Assembly (NCBI RefSeq): GCF_036588685.1
Contig: NC_086378.1
Coordinates: 84,878,001 to 84,942,000 of the forward strand
DNA length: 64,000 nucleotides
Direction: 5' to 3'
Origin: Mytilus trossulus
Taxonomy: Eukaryota
The position numbers were made by a program, and so were the translations under genes. Positions 26,327 to 40,119 of this stretch are shown here, piece by piece. The notes below the pieces were generated by a model that did not search any database, was not told the DNA's origin, and saw only the letters and a list, made by a program, of their open reading frames with translations. Positions within the stretch are counted from its first letter, which is position 1. Each line of letters opens with the position of its first letter.

Positions 26327-27665
26327 CATATAAGTGAGAGGTTTAACAAGCTATACCCCAGGTTAAATCTACCATTTAGATTTTCTAATTATAAAAATGC
26401 CTGTACCAAGTCAGGAATATGATAAGTGTTTTCCATTCGTTAAAAGTGTTTGAGATTTTGGTTTTGTCATTTAGTTATAGAATTTCCGTTTAAAACTTTT
26501 CTCGGAGTACAGTTTTTATGTGATTTTACTTTTTCTTCAAAATTATTTTAGAAATAGATAATCTGTAAAAAGCAATTATGTACAACAAAGTAAGCTCTAC
26601 AAATAAATCAATATTACTAAAATGGTCAATTGGAGATTATATTCCTATATAGTCATTTTTTATAAATTCTTTTAATCTTCTCCCTTGAACATACTAGGCC
26701 AAATAGAATCAAACTTTGCCACAAATATCAATGAGCTATCTTATGTCAAAATTGTGTAGGGTGATACCGCCAACCGACCAAAATGACAGACTTGGATTAA
26801 AATAAAACGAAGGGTGAAATGCAGTTTAAGGTTTATATCTCTAAACTAAAGCATGTCGAGCAAATCTGACAATTAGTACAAAATTTCTTCAAGTGAAGTT
26901 TTATGTGCCCTGATATTTTTAGACAAATCAGACGATCTGTTGTTGGGTTGCTGTCCCTGAATTGGTAATTTTAAGTAAATTTTGATAACTTTACCAACAT
27001 TGTCAATTGACCTTCCAGTTATGTCCTTTATAGTCAATTTTTTACATTTTTTTTATAAAGTTTGGTAATCTTTATAAAAGTATTCTATAGGAGTTATTGG
27101 CCAATAACTGATAAATTTTACCACTTTTTTTTCGATTTTTTGCTTAATATCTTGAAACTTATAATCGATAGAGAGAAACTTTAAATTGCAAAAATGATTT
27201 GAAGGACAATTGCTACAAATATGTTTTATGAATGAAATCATCACTTGACCCCTTATTAAAGTTTTTCCCTTTGATGCCGATTTGTACCATTGGTTTGCTT
27301 TTTTGTCTTATATCTTCAAACTTATTATAGATAAATAGAAGCTTAAATTAACTAAAATGATTTTATCGCGTACTTGGCAATTGCTCGGTAAGTGCTATCC
27401 TATTGTTTGCTATAATCACATTTGCTTAATATGTCTCCGCACCTGTGTGTCATTGTTTGTATGCATTAGCTCCATATGCTTCCGCCTGAAAATATAATTA
27501 AAACTGGGTAATTGAGTGCAGTCGCTTGTTTAATACAGCGAGGCTTTTTTTTAATTCTAGTTCAATTACTTCCTTGAAGAATTCAACCCACTTCTGTCTC
27601 ATTGCATCTGTCATTGGATCATCCCAAACCTCGTTTCCTTGATTGATCTTGCAAATTGATCTTCA

Positions 27666-28279
27666 GAGCATACGATACAGTTAAAAGGAGGTAATGACGT
27701 TGCTAACGTAAATAGTTTTTTTTCGCGAAGTCAAACTATGACTTATCGGGAAAAGATTCAGTTTGCAACTGATTTTTATAATTCAAACTTATCTTACTTG
27801 AAAACGAGTGCATGGACCCCTCTTTTTTAAAATGCTATTTTGCTTGATTACGTAAGAAGATTATGTGTGCCAATTTTCATGAAAACGTAAAAAGTGCATT
27901 TTTTTTTAATTTGATAAATATACAGGAAAAAATGACGTTTTTTGTTTTCTACATTCGTGAAAATTTGATAAACATGAGTAATTTGAAAAACAAATTGTAC
28001 AAATTTTAAGGACATTTATATAAAACAGAATTTACAAATAATTTAACAAAAAACAGCTTGTGTTTATCTTTGAAAACAAAAAAGTAATGTATTTCTGTCG
28101 AAAGTAAAAATACGTCCAAAAATCTGAATTTTGAGCAAATATATAAAATTTGAACCTCATTTTACTCCAAAAGTAGCACATGAAGGTATTTTTTTTTTAT
28201 ATACTTGATTTATTCAGGCAAAAAATAGCATATATGCAAATTGTCAGCAAAATGTAAATCAAAACTGTATCGTATGCCC
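27666..28279. mobile_element. Non-autonomous TIR element with probable TTAA target (Kolobok/piggyBac-like)
   Basis: GAGCATACGATACAGTT ... AACTGTATCGTATGCCC|TTAA; the left TSD is degenerate (TTCA). Confidence 0.55.
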
Positions 28280-28599
28280 TTAAGGTGGATAGGATGTCTT
28301 CATTAATTAATATTTGATGTCACCGAACTTGGTTTTTTGCTACATATCAAAATAGGCAAATTCGCAACAACACTCGCACCACATCTTCCTATATCTATTT
28401 TTTTCTGAATTACCTGTCCTACTATCTGAGTTATCTCCCCTTATGTGGCAGAGTTTGGGGAAAAAAGAAATCAAACAAACATATTGCGTTTTTTTTTTTA
28501 AATACAACCGTAAATAAGATAAAACAAATAATTTAAGTAGGCATATGAAAAGTCTTACTCATGAATTACACAGTACTCTCGAAATTTGCGAATTTATCT

Positions 28600-29011
28600 A
28601 AAAGATCTTGACCAATTGATATCTGTTACTTCAAAATCCAAGAAGAAGGAAAACAACCGAACCATCTTAAATGTGGTTTTGCAATTAATACACATGGAGT
28701 TGCTAATCATTAAGTATAATAAATTCTCGCAATTTGACTTAGAGCAATTCTTGTGGTGAGCATTAACTTTATGTCATAACGAGTTTGTTGTAAAATTTGT
28801 CCGTATGCATACATTGACGCCTACCTGAAAATTGTATCTTTGATTGAAAGATAAATGTATTGCACCTCGGCTGCTACAACATTCCTCAAACCTTTTCCTT
28901 TGGTTCAATTAATTATTTAATTCCTTCCATTGATCACCGGGCCAAGCAACACTCCAATGTGTAATGGCAAATTCATTCTTTTCCAGTCATCTTTCAGTAT
29001 CTTCCAATACC
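28600..29011 (-). mobile_element. Decayed BEL/Pao LTR-retrotransposon RT relic, 3' part
   Basis: Minus strand reads VLEDTER*LEKNEFAITHW and LTTRIALSQIARIY..LATPCVLIAK (Pao TKRxxLSxIAxxYDPLG-like); continues the 41468-41830 fragment. Confidence 0.6.
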
Positions 29012-29180
29012 TTTTTTTTTTTTTTAACAACAAATAAATATTCTTTATTCATCAAATTGCTTGTTACAACTTTACTTCATTGTCCAAGCTTCAATAAAGT
29101 ATCCCTGTGAATTACTTTCTGGGTATCCAGGAAAATACACAGAATATAATAAAATATAAACATTATTTTGTTTCCATCAA

Positions 29181-32100
29181 TTATATCAATCTTTTTAACT
29201 TTATGAAAAATACATTTTGAGATATTGTTTTGTTCTCATTCATAAACCTTCGTAGTTCCTTTATAAACATAGCATACACAACTAAAAATTTCAGTTTTTG
29301 CTCTGACACATAGTACGACTTGTAAATACAAAAACCTAAAATTGTCAAGAAATAATTTAAACCGTTATATCTTTGATCTGATATTTTGTATCCAAATACT
29401 ATATGTTTTGCCAATATCTTGTTTTGAAAATTCATTTTTGCTAGAAGAAAATGAACTTTCTCACAAAAATCTTTCAAAAATAAACATGTAATAAAAAAAT
29501 GCAAATAATCTTCTTCTTTTGTTTTACAAAAGTTGCATTTATCGTTCTCAGATATTTTCCACTTTAATGGTAGCTGCTTTGTAGGAATAATATATTGAAG
29601 CAGTTTCCATCTGAAAATTTTTAACTTATTTTCCTTTAAAATTTTTAATATAAAATCATATACAAATGGCATCTGTGGTACGTATTCTAATTTTAAATAT
29701 CTTGTCCAAATGTTGATACCGATTGGCTTTGTATATTTTTTATCTACTAAAGTTTTATAGAGTAATTTATTATTGATATTTTTTGTTTCAATTTGTTTAT
29801 TTTGCCATCTTAATTTAACCTTACATATATTGATTTTACTCTTAACGGAGTTTTCTTTTTTTAAAACTTGCATCCATTCTTTTGGGATGCAGGATTTTAA
29901 CATCTTAAACTCTGCAATCCAGTTTGTTTTTTTAATTAACTTTTCTAAGATAAAACTTTCGGATAAATTTACTTTACTATCCAACATGTCGTTTATATAA
30001 ACCAATCCACTTTTAACCCAATTCGGGAAAAACAAGCATTTGTTGCGATATTTAATATATTTATTTCCCCAAATAATCTGTTTTCTAATATTAGAAAAGT
30101 GATTAGAAAATGTTGATAAACCTCCTCCTGTTTTAACCCAACTTGAAATTACTTGTAAATAAAAGTCGGGTATTTTTCCAAGTCCATCTATTGATTTAAT
30201 ATTATCTAAATTCATGTTAAAAACAAGAAAGTTTTTACCAAGATTGTTAAAATATTTAGTAGGAATAATCTCCCAATTCGACATATTGGTTGTTGTTAAT
30301 TTTGAGACCCATGAGGCTTTCAGTGCTGTAAAATAACTGTCAAAATCGATCATTCTTAACCCCCCTTTTTGGTATTCGCCAATAAGTGTGTTTCTTTTTA
30401 CTTTGTCATTTTTTCCTTCCCAAATGTATTTGAAACAGCATCTTTCAATTTCTTTCAAGTAAATCTCTGGAACTTTACACGAAGTAGCCAAAAATGTAAA
30501 TTTTGGTAATATTGAAGATTTTATGATCAATATTTTCCCAACCATTGTTAATTTTCTTTTTTCCCATGTTTTAATTAATGATTTCATGTTATCTATTTTA
30601 GGTTTCCAATTTAACTTTTCACAAGTTTATCGTGACCAAAATAAATACCTAAAGCTTTGACGGGTTTGTCGGTCCAGCGTATGCCTTCAATCTTATCTAC
30701 GCTGTTTTTAAGCGCCCCAATCCAAATTCCCTCTGTTTTATTACGATTTAGCTTTTACCCTGAGAAAGAGCCAAATGTTTCAATTATATTCATAGCTTTA
30801 GATATATCTGATTTTGAACTACAAAACAGAGTTGTATCATCAGCTAGTTGTGATATTTTAATGCTATGTGTTTTATTATCTATAGTAACACGAAAACCTT
30901 TAATGTCTGAGGTTTGCCTCAATCGCTCGGCCATAATTTCGACTGATAAAACAAAAAGTAAAGCCGATCAAGGACATCCTTGACGGATTCCTCTAGAGTT
31001 TTCAAAAATTTCGGATACCCATCCATTATTTATTACACACGTCTGTATTCCCTTATATAATGTTTCCACCCATGATATGAATGATTCATTAAAACCAAAA
31101 TGCTTTAGAACACTTAACATAAATTCCCATTCCAAAGAATCAAAAGCTTTTGTAAAATCAACAAATATTATAGCCCCATCTATTCCGTTTGATTCTGCAT
31201 AGTCCATTATATCTTGGATTTGCCGTAAATTAAATCCAATAAAACGATTTTTTACATATCCGGTTTGATCTTCATTAATTAATTTAGGAAGAAGTTTTTT
31301 TAGTCTCTGTGCTAAAACATGAGATAGTATTTTCAAATCTACATTTAATAATGATATTGGACGATAATTGTCTAAAGATAATGGATCATTTTTCTTGAAT
31401 AATAAAGAAAGAACACCTGTTCGTTGTGTATATGAAAGAAGTTTTTTCTCATGTCCCTTATTTAGAACTTTTACCAACATTGTTTTTAATTTTTCCCAGA
31501 ATGTCTTATAAAATTCTAATGTTAAACCATCTAGACCAGGTGATTTATTTAGCTTCATCGTGTTAATAGCTTTAGTACATTCATCTATAGTAACCTCCCT
31601 ATCACAAATTTTAAAGTCATTTACATTTATCTCCCTTTCCATAATAGTATCACCTACATATGTATGCAGTAGATCTTTATCTGGAGCCGTGGTTGTATAT
31701 AATATTTTATAATAGTTTTTAATCATTTCTAAAATTTGTTCTTGATTTGTTGTTACCTCGTTATTTTCATTTCTGAGTTTGTTAATAGATTTTTTGACTT
31801 GTCGCTGTTTTTCTAATCCCAGAAAATAAGAATTATTCTTTTCCCCTAGTTCTATCCATTTCTCCCTTGATCTAATTTGAGCCCCCTTTGCTTTATATTC
31901 ATAAATTGTGTCTAATTGTAATTCTAATTGTTTTATATTATTTGTTAGTGTTTCATCTTCTTTTAATTGTTTATCTCTGATTGTCATTAAGTGTTCTAAT
32001 TCGCTTTCTAATTTTCTTGTTGTCTCCCTTGATAACTTCGATTTTCTTTTACAGAATAGAATAGATTCGTCTCTAATTTCAATTTTTAGATTGTCCCATA

Positions 32101-32967
32101 AAAGACGGATATCGCTACTGTCATTATTGATTATACGATTTTCGAACTGATTTATTACTCTGTTGATTGTGTTTTTATATTCAATATCCTTTAAGATAGA
32201 ATTATTTAGTTTCCAGTATCCATTCCCTCTTTCTGAAGCCCCTGTCTTAAAGTTTAAAACTATCCCTTGATGGTCAGTCACTTTAATCAGTGCCGGTTTA
32301 ATTTTACAATATTCAACGAGAGACTGAAATTCTTTTGCAATTAAAATTAAATCTATCCTACTAGCTCGTGTTTTATCCTTTCTTCTCCATGTAAACTGTT
32401 GTGTGCTTTTATGTAAAATAAGCCAAATATCTATAAAATTATGATTTTTCAAAAGAACTTTTAAATTATTAACAGGCTCTGAAAATTTCGTATTTTTATT
32501 TAAGCTTTTCCTATCTAAAGTCTTCAATGCTTCATTGAAATCACCGGCAACTAGAGTAATGCCTATAGAATTTTCTTTTATAAAATTGTTTACTTTTTTA
32601 AAGAAAGAATTTCTATCGGTTCTATAATTTGGCGCGTAAAGACAAACTATAGACAATATTACATTGTCCATTTTCACATTTAATAAAATAAGTCTTCCGT
32701 CATTATCGCAGAATTTATTAATAACCTCAATGTCTGCATGCTTGTTTATACCTATTGCTACCCCCTACTTGCCGTAGTTCCATGACTGCAGTGAAAAATA
32801 AAATCAGTTTCTTTTTCTAGACTAGCCCTTGTTTCTTCATTTAGATGTGTTTCTTGTAAAAGTGCAATGGAACACTTATTACGTTTAACCCAATCTATGA
32901 CTCTTAATCCTTTTTCTTTATTTTGTATACCATTAACATTAAGTGTACATAAATTAATATTTGTCAT
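29181..32967 (-). pseudogene. L1/Tx1 ORF2 (APE endonuclease, RT, C-terminal Cys/His motif), frameshifted
   Basis: TLNVNG, LQETH, GDFN, SRID, TDH (APE); KSPGLDG, YRPISLLN, DFTKAFD, GIRQGCP, QLADDT (RT); CNFC...HFFITC. Frameshifts near 32760, 30965 and 30630. Confidence 0.9.
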
Positions 32968-34011
32968 TATAATGATTAGTTAAAAGGTAATTTAATTTCG
33001 TTGACTTATCTTTACGATCTATTCTAACATTAAAGTAGATAGTTTAGATAGTTTATTCTCATAAAACCATGCAAGTACAAAGGTTACAGAGAAGTTGAAA
33101 AATAATATACATAAAAAAAACAAAGTATGCATTTAAAATGCATAAAATTCAAAAATTTTCGGATGAGATAACATATTAAAGAATATATATATAGATTTTG
33201 ATAGTCAAGTGTAATAGTTAAAATTGTATAAAGAAATACTTCCTATAATTTAGGTATGGTATATAAATTATGGTTGTTAAGAAGGAGTGAGCTTACTATT
33301 AATACATCTTATAAAATTGCTGAGATTTCTAAGTGTCTTTGGTTTTTTTGAATTAAACAGTTTGTTGAATGCAATAGTGTTATGTCTTGGTATTAGTTCA
33401 TTTGGAATAAATCTTCTTCTTTCATCTTGTAAAGCCGGGCAAACAAAAATATAGTGGTATTCGTCTCCGATATCACTTTTCGTACATATTGAACATTTTC
33501 TATCGCTTCTATCGATGTTATACCATCTCCCCTTTTCTATTGGCAGTGAATGATTCGATGTTCGGAATTTACAAAGTGTATATATATCTCGGTCATTTAT
33601 GATGTTGAAATAGTTCTCAAATTCAAAATGTTCCTTAAAGAGCCTATAAGTAATGCATTTTGATGTGCTCTGGATAGCTGAATTCCAACTTTGTTTAAAC
33701 TGGTCAATTAATCTAAGTTTGATACTTTTTGGTAACCATTTGGTGAGGTCTGTATTTTGCACATAAAATAAATTTGAAAATCCGGCATTGTCCAATATAT
33801 TTTTTATGTTCTTTATCCATAAAATATCATCATTGTTTGTGTGATATCGGGAATATACAAATTTATATAAGATTGATGATAACTTATTTTCATCTATAAG
33901 CAGCCTGCACCAATATGTTATCATTCGACATTTAATGCTTATTTCCAATGGGTATAGTCCAGTTTCACCGTACACAATCATGCTTGGGGTAGATCTCTTG
34001 AGGTGTACATT

Positions 34012-37000
34012 CAGTACTTGCAACCTTAGGCGTTACTGTTTGACGTGAACTTGACTGATCGGTGAATGATCGGTGACGGATGTTTGACTGATCGATGACT
34101 GATCGGTGATCGGTGACCCATAGGATCCGTCAGATAAGTCAAATAACCTATGTGGGAGTTACCGTGACAACGGTCATCGATCAATCAGTAAATCAAATTT
34201 ATGCACGGATCGGACGGATACGTATATATTTCAAATTCTTATGTAAACCGAACTCAACAGTGTTTACTATCCATGAACGCGGACCTCGACGAAGACACCA
34301 TAATTTACACGTTAATTTGGTTGCAATAAAAAATTAAAAAATAGTATAACAGTTATATTAGATGCTTAATTAAAGCGTTAAATTGTTTCTGTTGATTAAT
34401 AGTTTTGTATTACATATTGTAAACATTAGAAACATATATAATACATAATATGTCTCAGTTAACATGAACTTCTACTTACGAAAATGCCGATGATCCGCCA
34501 TTGAAGTTTTGAACTTTTTATAGTTTAGAAAAGGTCGCTTTTCATAAAATTAAAAGAATGTCAGTTAAATCATATTTAAATATCATCCGCATTGTTTAAA
34601 ACTACCAAAACAAAACTATTTATTTAAAAATGACACTGTTTCATTTGAAATCAGTTATTTTCACTAACTCGAGATAAATACTCTCATTAGAATTGAGATA
34701 TAAAAAGAATTAAAATACTTAAACTATTATTTTGTGGAATAAGAATGCAGTTATTTAATATTTTGATAAAAATTATCAACCGCAATATGATTTCAGTACT
34801 TTTTGTTCATCAGGATTGGTTGTTCTTCATAAATTATGTTTACTTTAGGGAAAAAAATATTTGATTTATGTACGCGTTGCGTAAAATGCTAAATTTTCTT
34901 CTCATGTTTGAAAATATTGTAACTTCAATTTCAAACTGTTGCTATAAATTCCTTTTATTGACAAATTTTGTATAAAATTTGAATATTGGAAGAAGAAGTA
35001 TCTTTTTACTTTTAATTTTGTTGAACCAGAATGCGATCATTTCTTCATTTGAATGGAAATAATTGACCACAATTTGATTTTTTCACTGTATATAGTTTAA
35101 AATTAATGGTTTGTTTATAAAGTTTAAAGAATGTCAGTGAAATCATACAAAATTTATTCGCATTGTTTAGAATATCCAAAATTGTTTTTCTTTTTATTGA
35201 TTATGCCTAATTTAAGGAAAAAAATATTTAATTTTTGTACGCGTTGCCTAAAATGCAAATATTTCTTCATTTTACTAAAAATTATTGACCGTCATTGGAT
35301 TTTTGTACTTTTTATAGATTAGAATAGGTTTTTTTCATGAAATTAAAAGAGTGTCAAAGAAATCATACCAAAAATTTTATTCGCATTGTTTAAAATAACC
35401 AAAATTAGTCTTCTATTTATTAAAAATGATGCTATTTTAATTGAATTCAGTCATTTTTACCATTTTGAGACAAGTCATCTCATCAGAATTAAGATATACT
35501 GAGAATTTAAATACTTTAACTTTTATTTTTGTTGAATGAGAATGCAGTTATTGATTTATTTTGATACAATTTATTAACCATCACATGATTTCAGTTCTTT
35601 TTGTACATTTAGATTAGCTGTTCTTCATAAAATATGCTTACTTTCAGGAAAAAGATATTTAATTTTTGTATGCATTGCCTAAAATGCAAATATTTCTTCA
35701 TTTTACTAAAAATTATTGACCGCCATTGGATTTTTTGTACTTTTTATAGATTAGAATAGTTTTTTTCATGAAATTACAAGAGTGTTAGAGAAATCATACT
35801 AAAATTTTATTCGCATTGTTAAAAATAACCAAAATTAGTCTTCTTTTTATTAGAAATGATGCTATTATATTTGAAATCAGTTATTTCTACCATCTTGAGA
35901 CAAGTCTTCAAATCAGAATTTAGATATAATGAGAATTAAAATACTTAAACTTTTATTTTTGTGGAATAAGAATGCAGTTATTGATTTATTTTGATACACA
36001 TTATTAACCGTCATATCATTTCAGTACTATTTGTACATCTGAATTAGCTGTTTTTCATAAAATATGCATACGTTAAGGAAAAAAATATTTAATTTTTGTA
36101 TGCGTTGCCTAAAATGCAAATATTTCTTCATTTTACTAAAAAATATTGACCGCCTCTGGATTTTTGTACTTTTTATAGATTAGAATAGGTTTTATTTCAT
36201 GAATTTAAAAGAGTGTCAGAGAAATCATACTAAAATTTTATTCGCATTGTTAAAAATAACCAAAATTAGTCTTCTTTTTATTAGAAATGATGCTATTATA
36301 TTTGAAATCAGTTATTTCTACCATCTTGAGACAAGTCTTCAAATCAGAATTTAGATATAATGAGAATTAAAATACTTAAACTTTTATTTTTGGTGGAATA
36401 AGAATGCAGTTATTGATTTATTTTGATACAAATTATTAACCGTCATATGATTTGAGTACTTTTTGAACATCAAGATTGGCTGTTCTTTATAAAATATGCT
36501 TACTTTAAGGAAAAAGATAATTAATTTTTGTACGCGTTGCCTAAAATGCAAATATTTCTTCATTTTTATTGACCACCATTGGATTTTTGTACTATTTATA
36601 GATAAGAAAAGCTTTTTTTAATGAAATTAAGAGTGTCAGATAAATCTTACTTACATTTTATTTCGTGTTGTTTAAAATATCCAAAATTAGTCTTCTTTTT
36701 ATTAAAATTTTATAGGCTTCGATTGTGACAGGAATATTTATAGAAAGTCCTTGATTATGATAAGTTTTTTTTAATGAATTTTATGATGATAACAAGGATT
36801 TATATAGCTATGCAAATCCTTGTTCTTACTATACAAATCGTTGCTTTTCCCGAGTATGTTTGGAAAATAAAAAAATAAAAATCGCGATGTAGACAGCGTT
36901 TTAAAACCCGCCGTGTTTGAAAATAAATAACCTAAATAAAACAAAAATACCATTCTTTAATAATAATATTTATGTTAGGTTTTATCTGTACATTTCTTTT

Positions 37001-37329
37001 CAATAAAACTTTGCTAAATAATTATTATTAAAGCAAAATGTGTCATCATGATCATTGAACGTTCGATTTTCACTTGTCGCCATTTTGATTAAACTAAACG
37101 AAACTAAGATTCCGTAATTTGCATTATTTTATCATGTGACGTATTACAGGTCAATCCGTCATCAAGGTCGATCGGTTCTATCAGTCCGATCAGTCCGATC
37201 AGTCAATTACTTTTACTATAAGTCTGACGGATTGCTGACGTGAGTTTGACGCGAACTTGACTGATCGGTGACTGATCGATGACCGCTGACTGATCGCTGA
37301 AATAGTAACGCCTAAGGTTGCAAGTACTG
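34012..37329. mobile_element. Non-autonomous TIR element (Tc1/mariner-like CAGT...ACTG ends) containing a ~430-bp satellite
   Basis: Perfect 26-bp TIRs CAGTACTTGCAACCTTAGGCGTTACT (34012-34037 and 37304-37329); TA on the right flank; interrupts the LINE RT between KHLL and (NV)HLKRST. Confidence 0.85.
34490..36710. repeat. AT-rich tandem repeat, ~430-bp unit, ~5 copies
   Basis: AATATTTCTTCATTT recurs at ~35259, 35690, 36120 and 36551. Confidence 0.8.
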
Positions 37330-38967
37330 TAGTAAATGCTTTAAAAATTTGAGATGAACTTGTTCAATAATGTCATTTTTTCCAAATCCCCATACTTCAC
37401 ATCCGTATAGAAGAATTGGTTTCACCTGTTTGTCAAATAACTCTAATTGGCATTCAATTGATAAATTGATAAATTACACTGCCTTCCTTTTTTGATAACG
37501 TTGTACATAGCTTTTGTTGCTTTTTCTGATAGTATTTTCTTTGCTTTAATGAAGGATCCGGATCTTGTTAACAAAAGTCCAAGGTAGTTAAATTCTTTCA
37601 CTATTTCAATTTCATTTTCTTCATAAATGAAATTAATATTATTAGGCTGTCTTCCTTTAGAAAAAATTAAAACTTTAGTCTTAGATGTATTTACTTTAAG
37701 TTTCCAAGTATCACAATATTCACTGAAGCAATTTAATTGCATTTGAAGGTCTTCCTTTGTTTCTGACATTAGAACAGTATCATCGGCATATAATAAAATG
37801 AACAGCTTTAAATAGATATTGAGGCTAGTTTTAAGGGAGTTCGATATTGATGACAAACCTTTCACATTATGAGATAGCAAAAAAATCAGTGAGGTCATTG
37901 ATATATAGAGAGAATAATAGAGGGGAAAGATTTTCTCCTTGTCTAACTCCAGTGTTACATGGGAAAAAATCAGATTTTTGGTTATTGTAAATAACTCTTG
38001 ATTTTATATTGTTGTACATACTATGTATTACTGTATGCATTTTTCCATCAATGTGATTCAATGCCATCTTAAACCATAGGCCGTTTCTCCAAACAGTGTC
38101 GAACGCCTTAGCAAAATCAATAAAAACACAGAATAACTTTTTCTTTTGCGATCTAGCTAGGTCGAATAGACTGTAATATAAATATGTTATCTGTTGTTGA
38201 AGTACAAACTTCCAATTGACAACAGGTAAAAATTTGCGACCTTATTTAATCTCGTGTCAATTATTAACCCGTGAAGTACGGACGTACCCAGGTACATAAA
38301 ATTTGTTTCATCACCTGTTTCGTTGTGTATAAAGCATTCAACATGTTCGATTTGAACAAATAATTCTACCTCTATCGGTTTAAATGGATTACGTTGCAGT
38401 ACACTAAAAAATAAGTGAAATAAAAATAATGTGCGAGTAAGACCTTTTAAACATATGAACTGAGTATTTTGCAATTGAAAAGTGCTTTTGCATATGTGGC
38501 ATACTATAGATAAGCCTGAACTTTGAATGGATTTAAATCCTGTTTTAGAATTCATACGAAAATGATTTTTTGGATTACTTTTACAATTCTGAAACAGATG
38601 TTTTCTGAAGATGAGCACATCACTGATAAGGTAAGTAATTTTGGATATATACCCAAGATTGTTTTTATTTGTTTGTTTATAAATTACTTTGTTATCACTT
38701 GCAACAAAAGGTTTGTGTTTGTTATCAACTAATAGTAAGTCCCAAAAAGTGTCGCTTTTATGATGTACATGCATATTAAAATTATATTTACGCACATTAA
38801 CATTATACAAATACATTGTAAGAAATAACTGCTTCACAAACATACAGCTACAGGTTTTAAAAATGACTATATGTAATATTCCTTGTTCTTTTTTAAAGGT
38901 AGTTTTACGAATTTTTTGCTATAACATATTTCTAAAAATAGCTTTGGGAAAACCCACTATTGCAAGT

Positions 38968-39184
38968 AATAAAATTGAGAATGGAAATGGGGAATGTGTC
39001 AAAGAGACAACAACCCGACCAAAATAAAAAACAACAGCAGAAGGTCACCAACAGGTCTTCAATGTAGCGAGAAATTCCCGCACCCGGAGGCGTCCTTCAG
39101 CTGGCCCCTAAACAAATATATACTAGTTCAGTGATAATGAACGCCATACTAATTGTACACAAGAAACTAATATAAAAATAATAC
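38968..39184 (-). mobile_element. Solo 3'-terminal fragment of the selenoprotein-type Naiad family
   Basis: Near-identical to ~49505-49727. Confidence 0.8.
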
Positions 39185-40119
39185 GCACACAATTGCTTGA
39201 TATATAACATCCTCGACATTGTACATGTAATCTTCTGTTTATAATATAATTTAATTAACTCCTCATCTACTATCTTATAGTAATTGTATAAAATCTCAAC
39301 TTCACATGTTGATCTTCGTGCTATAAAACCATAAATGTTGTACATTTTCATTTCCATTTCAGATACGAACATTTCAAATTTGATCAATATACATTTGGCG
39401 AATAACAAAATGATAGTACTGCATACCCATGTCCATGATAATATTGGTGTAGTACTAACAGCTAAATATATTTGATTGAAATTTATAAAGCAACAAAAAA
39501 GTGTATAATATAAACTATATGTTTTGGTCAATGAATATAAACTTCTGTTATCCGATAGATTTTCACACTGATTTGATGTTTCTTAATATAGCATAGGGAA
39601 AACCCAGTTTTTTTTAAAAACAGCTGGTTGACTTTTTTTCCTATACAATGATAATACTTAAACAAATGATTATGCAAAATCTGGTTGATCATGATTCTGA
39701 AAATAGATATTATCTTTTGACCTATTAAATAATTTATGTTAACACTATAACTTTGATTCTAATATTTTCAATTGACATCTTAAAAATACAAACATTTCTA
39801 TAGTAATGCATAATTTTAGTATTATTAATAGCGTTTTCAACACCATATTAACTTTTTTATACCATATCTTGTTTAATAACATTCCAACATTTTTTTAAAT
39901 TTCATCTTTACTTCGATTAAACTCTGTATTTGAGCTTGATTTTTTTTCCATTTATATATTTTTTTATTTTTTGTTTTTTTAAATAATGTAAAAACATATG
40001 TTCAGTTCATTATAGTACTTTTTTTTTTAATAAAAGTACATTTCAGTGGTAAATCATTAAAATACAATATTTTGAAATATGTTACAACAGTTGTTTTGAC
40101 TATGAAGTGGTGAAATATT

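Larger units (their letters stand above)
33038..38204 (-). mobile_element. 5'-truncated CR1/L2/Crack-group LINE inserted in the L1 spacer, split by a TIR element
   Basis: STTDNIF, FIDFAKAFDTV, GVRQGENLSPLLF, YADD (37330-38200); C-terminus LPIEKGRW...CSIC...DEYH (33277-34010); tail AATAAA-(CTATCTAAA); candidate TSD AAGTA at 33033-33037 and 38200-38204. Confidence 0.8.
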
